From Chitinophagales bacterium (GTDB taxonomy: Bacteria; Bacteroidota; Bacteroidia; Chitinophagales; UBA2359), in assembly GCA_049608825.1 (NCBI GenBank), contig JBMYXW010000001.1, positions 2,789 through 33,701 on the forward strand: a stretch of 30,913 nt of DNA, read 5' to 3'. Each line of letters starts with the position of its first letter. Within the stretch, counting starts at the first letter, position 1. Positions 21,101 to 25,950 of this stretch are shown in pieces. Made by a program: the position numbers and the translations under genes. A model generated the notes under the pieces. The model did no database searches. It had not been told where the DNA came from and worked only from the letters and a program-made list of their open reading frames with translations.

Positions 21101-22722
21101 CTAATTTCACTTGTAGTTTTGCATGGGCAGACTCTACAAATGTTGTTCAACAGTTCAGTTATTGTGATACCCCCACAAAAGATACTACTGTTTATTCTTT
21201 TTGGGTCAGCAATGGGTTGTGTGAAGTAGAGGATAGTTTGGTAGTCATCTTTGGAGAAGAAATGGAAGAAGGAGAACCATGTACTTTATCTATTTGCCCA
21301 CAAATAGAGGAGTTAATGGCGAACTTGAATACCCTTTCCTTGACTGTACCTTTTGAAAGGTCGAAAAAAGAAGTGAGTTGGGAAGAATTGGTTCAAGATG
21401 AAATTGACCTTATAGCGGAAGCAATAGGGATAGAAAAAAGCAAGATAGGAGAGGCACAGATTAGTTTTTTTAGCCTAAACTCTGACTGCAATCCTGATTA
21501 CTACCAAATCATAGGAAATCAAGTTATTTACAATAATTCTGATTCTTGTTATATCTATATGGGACAAGATGAACTGACCTATACACTTAGTTTTCCTTCA
21601 TGTGGTACAGTAACTCGAAGTGTAAAGATAGAGCTTCTTTGCCCTAAATTTGAAGTTCAAGGATTAGATAGTGATTGCCTAACTGCTTCTTTCCAACTTT
21701 CGGATTTAAGTATGAGTATTTCTTCTCAAAACACATTGAATCACTCTGAAATTTCTGCATTGGGATGGTCTGCTGAATGGAAAATTGAAGAATTGGATGA
21801 TGTTTGGAGAGACGAAGATAGTGCTCCTATTTTCTTAGAACCCAATACAGATTACATCGTATTGGTACGCATGGTAAAAGCGGATACTCAACCTCTCACC
21901 CCTATTTTTCATGGCAGTTATGCCGAAACCTGTGGAGCTTCTATTACAACTCCTCCTTTGGACGGAATGCCAGTAAGTATTATTGAGCGATGTTTGGAAG
22001 ATGGAGGAGTGGAATTGACAGCAATAGTAGAAAGTTCTGATGCTATTGACGACTTTGTTATGGAGTGGTCAACAGGAGAAACAATACGGCAAATCATTGT
22101 CTATCCACCTTTTGACGAAAATTATTGGGTCAATATTTTGCGAATTAGTGATGGATGTATAGGAATAGACTCTGTTTCAGATATTGGTCCTCCCGATGTA
22201 TTTGTTGAATACACCGATGCAAGTCGATGTGTGGCTACGATTGGGGTTAGAAATACGATTCCTCAAAGCATTACTTGTCACAAACAACCGATTCCCGAAG
22301 AGGATTGTTGGTGGAATCCAACCGAACAAGCCTACAAATGTGAAATCAATCTGCTTGAAACAACTTCTGATACTACTTATGTGGTAGTCAATGACTTCAA
22401 AGGCTGTGAGAACAGTGTGAAACTATTCAGATGCCAACCCGATATTCGTGTAATCAAACCAAACCCTTCTAAACGATTGTTTACCATAGAATTAACAGGT
22501 ATTCCTATCAAAACACCAATTCATTATTATGTTTACAGCATAGATGGTCGAATGGTTATGGACTCCGAAAATATGCGGGATTCGGGCAGCCAACCTTTGG
22601 AGAATTGGCGGACGCTGAATATTGATTTGGACGAGCGTTTTGTGAGTGGAATGTATTTTGTACAGTTTTTTGTGGAGGGTGTGTCAGAGCCTTTGGTAGC
22701 GAAATTGTTGAAGCAGGAATAG
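9196..22722 (+). CDS. Giant (4508 aa) multidomain T9SS type A sorting-domain adhesin: signal peptide, LRR, PPC-like, beta-helix, SprB/PKD-like Ig repeats, cadherin-like Ig, L-type lectin, choice-of-anchor L, CBM-like domain, CTD
   Basis: Sec signal MNKTTTLYLYLLLLLLSFNVNFASA. Motif-recognisable domains are listed as separate features. The C-terminus is KPNPSKRLFTIEL...YSIDGRMV...SGMYFVQF...KLLKQE. Confidence 0.92.
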   Translation: MNKTTTLYLYLLLLLLSFNVNFASAFVSPLMSDNSLNSREFVMSPIPSSPPPQIQINSWAANHTVLKSWQPIPKPKGQFLMFPPSCIEADSLELVAFYNATGGDDWTDNSGWLVDDVSEWFGVTLSVDGCGVAELNMFIDINTGNNLVGNIYDFNLSNLEILNLKINQLTGEIPNFNLPSLEVLWLGRNTLTGDIPNFDLPNLKVLSLDFNALTGEIPNFDLPNLEALALYDNALTGEIPNFDLPNLEYLGLQYNLLTGEIPNFDFPNLETLYSYDNALTGEIPNFNLPNLERLGLSDNALTGEIPNFDLPNLNYLVLSDNELTFAGLVPHVQNYNTNSNFTTLFYAPQATIPLLLSNNTLYVEVGGNLSNNHYTWYKDGIEIPNMPVDGDSSWVVTESGNYYVEVTNDSITNPSISVQNLVLVSDELFVQVNSPNDNCLDATSLDPLMVAVYGSYSNVGATIEGSDLLPDCFNDNTLDNTVWFTFTGDGNAYNISTTDCSASSTAMSNTQMAIFEGGNCNSLSEVDCSEDIEVGTDLFSAITLPTTNGTEYYLMVDGNGGNSGDFCLDVSLVETCSSDLGGTIWVTTTDDNGDDDNPTVGSLRAAIKCANETEGANDIHFNLTGTAPFVFQPTIEYPSLIDSSTIIDATTQSNFSLGDVELDGSMLDLVNGLEILGNDCSIYGLYIHSFPSYGIFVEESNNVQIGGDESEHHGNVISNNGTQTSESSSFGGGLRIVDCENVTIYNNKIGTDVNGLTGFGNISSGITITNGSNFFIGGSGDNQGNIISNNLSYGIWGNLNDSDIQGNKIGTDISGTIDLGNGLEGININGVNLSIGGSNINEGNLISGNDQGGIRIVNFSENITITGNLIGVNINGDEPLNNDGAGILIFWGNNILIGGNTNLASNILNDPISLDGGDNITVQGNKMGVDIQGEALLGNSQTHGIGVSPGAQNVLIGGNNSSQANIIGGHTTAGIILFIDGTTGDFPSDIEMKGNFIGTDITSTIDLGNNIGISGHLQNNNNIIGGLLEGEGNTIAFNNTAIRFYENGTGIEMRQNNIFCNNKTYDFSELIDVSNIPNPPIIVEATTTTLTGTAEVGATIEIFVQDHTLCSGNTTCQGNYLATVMVDASTGEWSYEGAFTIGDIITTTATNSSNNTSEFSACSQICPKINPVIAGETFFCEGETITLTANDFSDFTAKYIWSTGETEQGISINTGGTYTVTVTDGGICSGTASIEVIQNSNPFAEILAGDEVFCSGTGLDIFVQIPSNSTSVWSNGDEAQITTIELGGIYTVTVTNENNCSTTSSVFIEELPQPNPEIVGDFNFCEGKNTILSLTEVYVDYLWSNGSIDSNIEVSENGVYTVSVSDGNICVGIASVEVVANEIPTLIISSSNGTLLCTGDTLSLTANSNATDVEYIWSNGTSGQEIEITEGGDYTVTVKDSNGCSNIASITIDTSPSPSPSIDGELGFCEGGNTVLSTGNAYSSYLWSTGEQGFSIEVTEAGDYGLTVTNANGCSGQKEVSVIENELPVVFIEGESTLCDPSILLNVEPSNEDFTYQWSTDVGATSQEIIVNTIGTYTVTVTDFNGCSATDEHQVDVCIEGCDVVADFILQDTICTSVALTIEELLTESTTTGGEWQQTYLDGTPVVVTDDFLIFPEVGTYTITYFVESPSDPNCNDTDTKIIYAGEPDFPSWSTEGDNYEICETNLPIAVFPDNEGGYWCCGDFGNCKATDESCFTIIDGQMYFDPIGNSSAVESYDLYHITTFEKCSSTIKKELSIYAQPAPPEVNPSTITLCENEILDVFIFMTAPFQYSDQLFTFNVYNENDELLIEGISPNDDMVDLSNLLTSIGTYTFLVRSVNGTCESEAVEVSIFVEGCQDCPDELFIFSATCLDEFGQSTITIFPIDTDDNYTVTAGGIELGENVFEFQSGSDVTVMLTSITTDCSSSALIEIPTDVPVLQLNNEASQVTICGAGDIILAPMGAGEGATYNYYLDPNAIIPATPASGSVWVNSEIVGQRIIYIIATTAEGCESAPLAVSTYSYENIAVSNITTLCNESDNSYTVFFTISGGNGVYTVDGASAPDNFTSAPIAQGTGYSFVIDDDSSLPSCEPLTLSGLSPDCTDGISAVDDFASTETGESVIIDILENDSGCNLSIGGIVVAPSCGEITTINPETGEVTYLADTDTQCTEDTFVYEVIDCNGATDEATVTIFISQETALAVEVIRNCEGAEETGTYELEVIITGGAPPFTISGSINEVLPNYGNTFAIISDTESYTINVVDANGDEFYREGGKIPCVKFAPCLDSIAINGNFCPTENPTVTLIAVTIPSSFDFSYEWSTGENTQTIEVSEVGFYSVTVLNTDGCGGMDSVEIIEDCPQDCEPLIFTDSNTQLNGNAQANTENANCWTLTDESTSGQAGSIWSQQKVLLNEPFVLTAFLSTNLDGSDGFTFTLHNDDSALTALGSNGEGLGYGPNLTDAVTATIQPSIAVELDTHENPTLDSEPTFNHIAVNENGNMESVTTPIEISSFENGQSHELKVVWNPTTFELIYYFDGEIKGIYEKDIVTEIFGSENSIYWGFTAATGNSVNTHQICDVQMTNCATELTAIDDTYTTCSNTSFTFNPVENDLGDCIEITGLIVSGNDITLEQIDNDITYTPTTDFAGTIDFEYIITDCFGQMDTALVTIVVLDTTPIEAVNDTVYIFNTQDSPSFTFNILENDIGENIILIADSFNPPTSIGDFPEVSEFGEINFIPAPSIEGTFTIEYEIQGQCDQIDIATVTLIITEESIPNSNADELVDIILDDCISFQNAVINCADVAIAQFDTTITEGIYNNPFTKGIALTTGSVELGLYSPNTSGSAGLSNGASGDADLETEQFQTFNACALEFDFTANTESISFRYWFGSEEYPEWVNTQFSDRMGIFINGTGFDSLTNIALVPDTTIPVGVDGINHLNNTSYFVENEANALPQYDGFTIPLEAITNNLTIGETYHIKIVIADVNDAIYDSGLFIEANTESNDFELIVSEDTTINAGESTQLSAEVLNTTAEVTYTWTPTETLDNPNIANPIASPTETTTYSVTATIGGCEKTNTVTVTVNSIPCEGLSVGILPSIDPYVCFGENIGGTTSIIAEGFTLREGDVLGYVLQDENGNILAYRTEDANFIFEEIEDGQYNTEYFVLAIAGTDNGSGEVDLTGECVDKSNLFPVVFLEKINVSTAIVCENNEQFIEVTLEGGLPAYSDSETYELIGYESLIVEGETVRIGPFEGMEILEVLDGNGCSVSTEVNLYQLTISLDNLEGEDVTNNTIILDVGDARQLWGNVNNSENPSINYTWSPIAGFGQLLNINATEPDTITHTLTVDIDDFCSLQAEVTVIILPTAYDCLDAIVPCNNEPIVYNSNGKGEEEILGTDKVGCLVEGEHYSTWIRLQIDNTTSDGEHLTFTITPNDGQRDYDFNLYKADDCNDLEGITRCSFAPTSMESASTGLNEVDTDDEDTDNGFARYVAVTGGEIYYLLIDNFGGNAQGFTLEWTNPNVFFNCDTIPECYADAGTASSPKDTYCSTESYIISVEGEYEGEDFNQAYFFLDEDSNIVSQPNSQTSGTYYFAYLNSQEIIDFNEYNTLADIGTAILEGACMDTSNIASFEIIASPPKPTFTSISCDQEAFYIEVEESDAIIRWYSNVALNDMIGEGNPFPVTEAGTYYVTQTLNSCESEAQEVVVTEADFVCLGECPENLVQNFSFEERVGCPSVSGQIERSAFWSFVPGITNAPDYFNNCNATTNNYETPQNIVGTQIPFEGTAYAGLMAYNQANNTLINREYIQTELTAPLIEGQSYCVSMQVSLAENSQFAIDNLGLYFSGNQITSNSIEGFLEPQIVHQGFLEDTDEWMEVKGTFTATAGLQYLSIGNFALNNGVKEVNSDGNGEAYYYIDMIEIRPTNEIGSLSVFDMDNNQLNTESNTIVICEGETICLDAEVTNTNFTCSFAWADSTNVVQQFSYCDTPTKDTTVYSFWVSNGLCEVEDSLVVIFGEEMEEGEPCTLSICPQIEELMANLNTLSLTVPFERSKKEVSWEELVQDEIDLIAEAIGIEKSKIGEAQISFFSLNSDCNPDYYQIIGNQVIYNNSDSCYIYMGQDELTYTLSFPSCGTVTRSVKIELLCPKFEVQGLDSDCLTASFQLSDLSMSISSQNTLNHSEISALGWSAEWKIEELDDVWRDEDSAPIFLEPNTDYIVLVRMVKADTQPLTPIFHGSYAETCGASITTPPLDGMPVSIIERCLEDGGVELTAIVESSDAIDDFVMEWSTGETIRQIIVYPPFDENYWVNILRISDGCIGIDSVSDIGPPDVFVEYTDASRCVATIGVRNTIPQSITCHKQPIPEEDCWWNPTEQAYKCEINLLETTSDTTYVVVNDFKGCENSVKLFRCQPDIRVIKPNPSKRLFTIELTGIPIKTPIHYYVYSIDGRMVMDSENMRDSGSQPLENWRTLNIDLDERFVSGMYFVQFFVEGVSEPLVAKLLKQE
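9655..10182 (+). repeat. 66-bp (22-aa) leucine-rich repeat array, 8 units, plant-like GxIP type, preceded by an LRR N-cap
   Basis: Consensus FDLPNLExLxLxxNxLTGEIPN. The 24-mer ttaacaggtgagattccaaatttt is exact at 9700, 9832, 9898, 9964, 10030 and 10096, with 2 mismatches at 9766. N-cap DSLELVAFYNATGGDDW...W..DDVSEWFGVT starts at 9463. Confidence 0.95.
10950..12400 (+). other. Right-handed parallel beta-helix region of ORF2 with a CSLREA-like N-terminal motif
   Basis: GSLRAAIKCAN at 10996, then repeated NxIxGNxIGTDxxG...GN...G and IGG....GNxISGN motifs. Confidence 0.8.
15570..17550 (+). other. Three cadherin-like/tandem-95 Ig repeats flanking the lectin domain
   Basis: AVDDFASTETGESVIIDILENDSG, AIDDTYTTCSNTSFTFNPVENDLG and AVNDTVYIFNTQDSPSFTFNILENDIG match the A.DD...........L.ND pattern. 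Confidence 0.7.
16345..16980 (+). other. L-type (legume-like) lectin domain in ORF2
   Basis: QLNGNA...LT....GQAGSIWSQQKV...DGSDGFTFTLHN...GEGLGYG...SIAVELDTHEN...HIAV...HELKVVWNP...YFDG...YWGFTAATG...HQI. Confidence 0.85.
17680..18225 (+). other. Choice-of-anchor L domain in ORF2
   Basis: GIALTTG...GDADL...NACALEFDF...ISFRYWFGSEEYPEWVNTQFSD..GIFING...NIALVP...INH..N...QYDGFT...GETYHIKIVIADVND..YDSGLFIEA. Confidence 0.85.
20362..20980 (+). other. Galactose-binding-like/CBM-like jelly-roll domain in ORF2
   Basis: NLVQNFSFEE..GCP...APDYFNNC...GTQIPFEGTAYAGL...REYIQTELTAPL..GQSYCVSMQVSLA...EWMEVKGTFTA...YLSIGNF...AYYYIDMIEI, a common Bacteroidota secreted-protein module. The ligand is unknown. 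Confidence 0.65.
22432..22722 (+). other. T9SS type A C-terminal sorting domain of ORF2
   Basis: CQPDIRVIKPNPSKRLFTIEL...YSIDGRMV...SGMYFVQF...KLLKQE, paralogous to the ORF1 CTD. Confidence 0.8.
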
Positions 22723-22723
22723 A

Positions 22724-23293
22724 TTACTTTTTCTTCTTCAATCTATCTGGATTCGCTGCCAAAAACGCCTTCCAATCCTTTGCCTTATTGCCTCCAATCG
22801 GCAAAGGAGACTGCAATTGAAGGTGGTGACAAACTGCCACACCAAGCGCATCCGTAGCATCAAAATATTTGGGCATCGCATCAATTTTCAGCGTATGCTT
22901 CAACATTGCCGAAATCTGTTCTTTTGAGGCATTGCCATTTCCAGTAATGGATTGTTTGATTTTTCGAGGAGCATATTCCTGCACATTCATGCCGTGCATC
23001 ATTCCCGCTGCAATAGCCACACCTTGCGCCCTGCCCAGTTTGAGCATGGACTGAACGTTCTTTCCAAAAAAAGGAGCTTCAATCGCCATTTCATCAGGCT
23101 CATGAGTATCTACGAGAAAAGTTATTTTTTCGTAGATAACCTTCAATTTGGTGTAATGATCAGGATATTTATTGAGTCTCACTACTCCAATACTGTGAAT
23201 TTTCAAGTCGTTTTTGCCGAGTACTTCAATCACCGCATACCCCATTACGACCGTACCAGGGTCTATTCCTATGATTTTCTTATTTTTGTCCAT
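22724..23293 (-). CDS. ruvC: Crossover junction endodeoxyribonuclease RuvC
   Basis: IIGIDPGT..MGYAVIE; EMAIEAPFFGKNVQSMLKLGRAQG; EYAPRKIKQSITGNGNASKEQI; DATDALGVAVCH. These are the canonical RuvC motifs. Confidence 0.97.
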   Translation of the reverse strand: MDKNKKIIGIDPGTVVMGYAVIEVLGKNDLKIHSIGVVRLNKYPDHYTKLKVIYEKITFLVDTHEPDEMAIEAPFFGKNVQSMLKLGRAQGVAIAAGMMHGMNVQEYAPRKIKQSITGNGNASKEQISAMLKHTLKIDAMPKYFDATDALGVAVCHHLQLQSPLPIGGNKAKDWKAFLAANPDRLKKKK

Positions 23294-23346
23294 ACAAATA
23301 TTTAGATTGTTATTTTAAATTTTATTCACAACCAAGTCAAGTAATA

Positions 23347-24333
23347 TTGTCCAATTCTCATTCCAAAAAGAACCTAACTCGATTCCTAAAGATACTCATT
23401 TTTAGTGGTTTGGTTTGGGCGATTTACCAACAAATTGCCCGCCAAGAAAACCTTGAATCCATTATTGGGGAGTTTTTAAGCTCTTTCAAACCTAAAAATA
23501 CAGCTTGGTTAATAGGAGTTTGTAGTTTTACCTTTGTCAATTGGGGCATTGAAGCCCAAAAATGGCGGCAACTCCTCTCCAAAATGGAACGTCTTTCTTT
23601 CAAGGATGCTTTTCGAGCCATTCTATGTGGCATTACCCTTTCGCTTTTTACACCCAATCGAGTGGGAGAATATGGTGGTCGAGTGTTGATATTGCAGCAT
23701 GCCAACAGGTTGAAGGCGATTGCTGTTACTTTGGTAGGTAGTTTGAGTCAAATTATTGCGAATGTAACATTGGGAGCGATTGGTTTTTTGAGCTTTGCAG
23801 GCATTTATTTGAAATGGAATTTGTGGCAAATGGAATGGGCGATTGCAGGAGCAGTGTTGATGGTTGTAGCACTTTTATTGATTTATTTCCACGTCCAAAA
23901 AGCGGAGCAGTGGATAGGTAAAATTCCTTTTTTTAGGCGTTATAAAAGCCATTTCAAACCCATTGAAGCCTATTCCCAACGTGAATTGGCGCAAGTTTTG
24001 GGTTGGTCGTTTTTGCGAAACCTTGTTTTTACACTTCAATACATTGGCTTGTGTTGGGCGTTTAATATGGAAGTCGGACTTGTCACAGCTTGGGTAGTGG
24101 TAAATACCATTTTTTTCGTGCAACTTTTCATCCCAAGCATTGCCCTTATAGAGTTGGGCATCCGTGGAAACCTCGCTTTGTTTTTTTGGGGATATGTCAC
24201 GACCAATCACCTCGCCATCATTGCCGCAACGTTTAGTCTTTGGTGGATTAATTTGATGATGCCTGCTATTGTAGGTTGGTGGTTGATCAGTCGTTTGAAT
24301 GTATTGGAGGGTTGGGGAATTAAAAATGGTTGA
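23347..24333 (+). CDS. Lysylphosphatidylglycerol synthase TM-domain (UPF0104/flippase-like) membrane protein
   Basis: Multiple TM segments with NWGIEAQKWRQLL, GITLSLFTPNRVGEYGGR and IPSIALIELGIRG motifs. TTG start, divergent from ruvC. Confidence 0.85.
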   Translation: MSNSHSKKNLTRFLKILIFSGLVWAIYQQIARQENLESIIGEFLSSFKPKNTAWLIGVCSFTFVNWGIEAQKWRQLLSKMERLSFKDAFRAILCGITLSLFTPNRVGEYGGRVLILQHANRLKAIAVTLVGSLSQIIANVTLGAIGFLSFAGIYLKWNLWQMEWAIAGAVLMVVALLLIYFHVQKAEQWIGKIPFFRRYKSHFKPIEAYSQRELAQVLGWSFLRNLVFTLQYIGLCWAFNMEVGLVTAWVVVNTIFFVQLFIPSIALIELGIRGNLALFFWGYVTTNHLAIIAATFSLWWINLMMPAIVGWWLISRLNVLEGWGIKNG

Positions 24334-24372
24334 ATGGTTTTATTGTTGAATGCTTGAATGCTTGAATGGTTG
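24325..24372 (+). repeat. Octamer tandem repeat (AATGSTTG)x6 overlapping the stop codon
   Basis: aatggttg aatggttt tattgttg aatgcttg aatgcttg aatggttg. Confidence 0.8.
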
Positions 24373-24419
24373 AATACAATGTTAGGGAAAGTTCTTGACA
24401 TTCAAAAGGGCGTAGCCCA

Positions 24420-24555
24420 GACCCTATTTGTAGCCAAATAAATGGAATTGAAACTTTAGGAGCGTAGCTTCGGCACGGTTAAACAATGGGTTGTATGTGG
24501 TGTCGAAGCTACGCTCCTAAGATTAGTGTTTACGATTTTTTCTACAAATAGAGTC
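24420..24555. repeat. Nested palindromic REPIN/MITE-like element
   Basis: Inner arms ttaggagcgtagcttcggcac (24456-24476) / gtgtcgaagctacgctcctaa (24500-24520) match 20/21. Outer arms gaccctatttgtag (24420-24433) / ctacaaatagagtc (24542-24555) match 13/14. Confidence 0.85.
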
Positions 24556-24617
24556 GCAACGATGCTGCTGAAATATTAAACAATTTCTGTTATGCTGTAC
24601 CGAATTGTTTTCAGAAT

Positions 24618-24645
24618 CATACAACCATACAGCAATAAACCAATT
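24618..24645 (-). repeat. Inverted copy of the octamer array
   Basis: The reverse complement aattggtttattgctgtatggttgtatg matches 24333-24360 at 22/28 positions. Confidence 0.6.
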
Positions 24646-24734
24646 CTTTTTTATGTTGTCTAATAAAAAAATCTATCCTTCAATGAAAAAATGGATATGG
24701 CTCAGAATAGCAATTAAAATTTAAAAATAAACAG

Positions 24735-25661
24735 ATGAAAAATCTAACTTTCTGCAATAAGTTCCTCGACTACCTTAAATTATTTTTTCGCAGTTTTTTG
24801 GGCTTAAAATTCGCTGTATTATTGGCAGCTTGTTCCTTTATTTTGATGAGTAGCAGTGTAGCAGTTGGCAATAAAAATACAAGCCAAAAAAGTGATGCTT
24901 GTGGTGCATACATAGATTTGAATACTTTTCAAATGGGCGAAACGCTGACCTACAAAGTTAACTACAAATGGTCTGCCATCAATATGACCGCAGGAAAAGC
25001 GACTTTTCATCTCAACGAAACCACCTACAAAGGGAAGCCTTCTTATCATGCAAAATGTGTGGGACGCACGGCTTCTGCTTTCAATTGGTTCTACAAGGTG
25101 AACGATAATTATGAGACCTACATCGACAAAGAAAGTATGCGTCCTCTCAAATTTTCTTTGGACATCAATGAAGGGAAATACTACGAAAAAACCCAATACG
25201 AATTTTACCACGATAGTCACACAGCGAATGTCAATTTTCGCTACAAAAAAGGAAAGCTGAAAACGGAGAATGAAGATGTTGATATTCCGACTTGCGCCCA
25301 AGATATTGTTTCCATTCTGTACTATGCTCGTTCCTTAGACTTTTCCAAAATCAAAGAAGGTGAAACGGTTCATATCGACCTGTTTACAAGCGAAAAAATC
25401 AAACCTGTTTCTTTCCGTTATCTTGGCAAAGAAGTCATCAAAACCAAAATCGGCAAAGTTCGATGCCTCAAATTGTCTCCTTTCTTGTTGGAAAGCGATG
25501 CTTTTGGTGATGGTGGTGGTGATAAAATGCTTATCTATGCCACTGACGATGCCAATAAACTTCCTGTTTTGGTAGAGTCTCCAGTTGCGATTGGTAAGGT
25601 GAGGGTGCATTTGACAGATTATAAAGGGTTGAAGCATCCGATGACGGCGAAGGTAGATTAA
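24735..25661 (+). CDS. DUF3108 domain-containing secreted/outer-membrane protein
   Basis: N-terminal hydrophobic stretch followed by GETLTYKVNY.W..AGKATF, FNWFYKVNDNYETYID...P.KF..DINEG.Y, QDIVSILYYARS and KMLIYATDDANKLPV, the Bacteroidota DUF3108 pattern. Confidence 0.8.
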   Translation: MKNLTFCNKFLDYLKLFFRSFLGLKFAVLLAACSFILMSSSVAVGNKNTSQKSDACGAYIDLNTFQMGETLTYKVNYKWSAINMTAGKATFHLNETTYKGKPSYHAKCVGRTASAFNWFYKVNDNYETYIDKESMRPLKFSLDINEGKYYEKTQYEFYHDSHTANVNFRYKKGKLKTENEDVDIPTCAQDIVSILYYARSLDFSKIKEGETVHIDLFTSEKIKPVSFRYLGKEVIKTKIGKVRCLKLSPFLLESDAFGDGGGDKMLIYATDDANKLPVLVESPVAIGKVRVHLTDYKGLKHPMTAKVD

Positions 25662-25691
25662 ATCTATGTGTTTGTGTTGGTAATTGTATTT

Positions 25692-25900
25692 GTAGAGACG
25701 TTTTACTAAAACGTCTAATAGATATTTAGGTTGGTATTTGTTTAAATGCCTTTATGTTGACGTTTAGGTTGGCATTTGTTTAAGTGCTTTTATATTGATT
25801 GTGTAGGCGTTTTACTAAAACGTCTAATAGATATTTAGGTTGGTATTTGTTTAAGTGCTTTTATATTGATTGTGTAGACGTTTTAGTAAAACGTCTCTAC
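25692..25900. repeat. GTAG-class REP palindrome array (BIME/REPIN-like) with repeated ~37-bp linkers
   Basis: gtagagacgttttactaaaacgtct (25692-25716), a degenerate copy at 25803-25825, and an exact reverse-complement copy at 25876-25900. The linker tttaggttggYatttgtttaaRtgcYtttatRttga occurs three times. Confidence 0.9.
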
Positions 25901-25924
25901 GTGGTTGGATAAAAATGGATTTTG

Positions 25925-25932
25925 TAATTTTG
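25925..25932 (+). promoter_or_regulatory. Candidate -7 promoter element (TAATTTTG) for the hydrolase
   Basis: TAnnTTTG match 18 nt upstream of the ATG at 25951. The -33 element is weak (GTTG at 17-nt spacing). Confidence 0.55.
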
Positions 25933-25950
25933 CAGCAAACATCCTCCAAA

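Noticed and set aside
160-22387. Numerous 60-170 aa alternative-frame and antisense ORFs inside the two giant genes
   Set aside because: They are fully nested in long, motif-rich CDSs and have no recognisable motifs of their own.
22724-23293. RuvC as a sign of a TnpB/Cas12 or mobile-element nuclease
   Set aside because: It is a stand-alone 189-aa protein with canonical cellular RuvC motifs, and it has no zinc finger, long N-terminal region or element ends.
25692-25900. Mini CRISPR array
   Set aside because: The would-be spacers are near-identical to each other and the last repeat is inverted, which fits a REP/BIME structure.
25870-25950. N-terminal extension MCRRFSKTSLRGWIKMDF... of the hydrolase
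   Set aside because: It begins inside the REP array and spans the -7 promoter box. ATG 25951 gives a normal membrane-anchor N-terminus.
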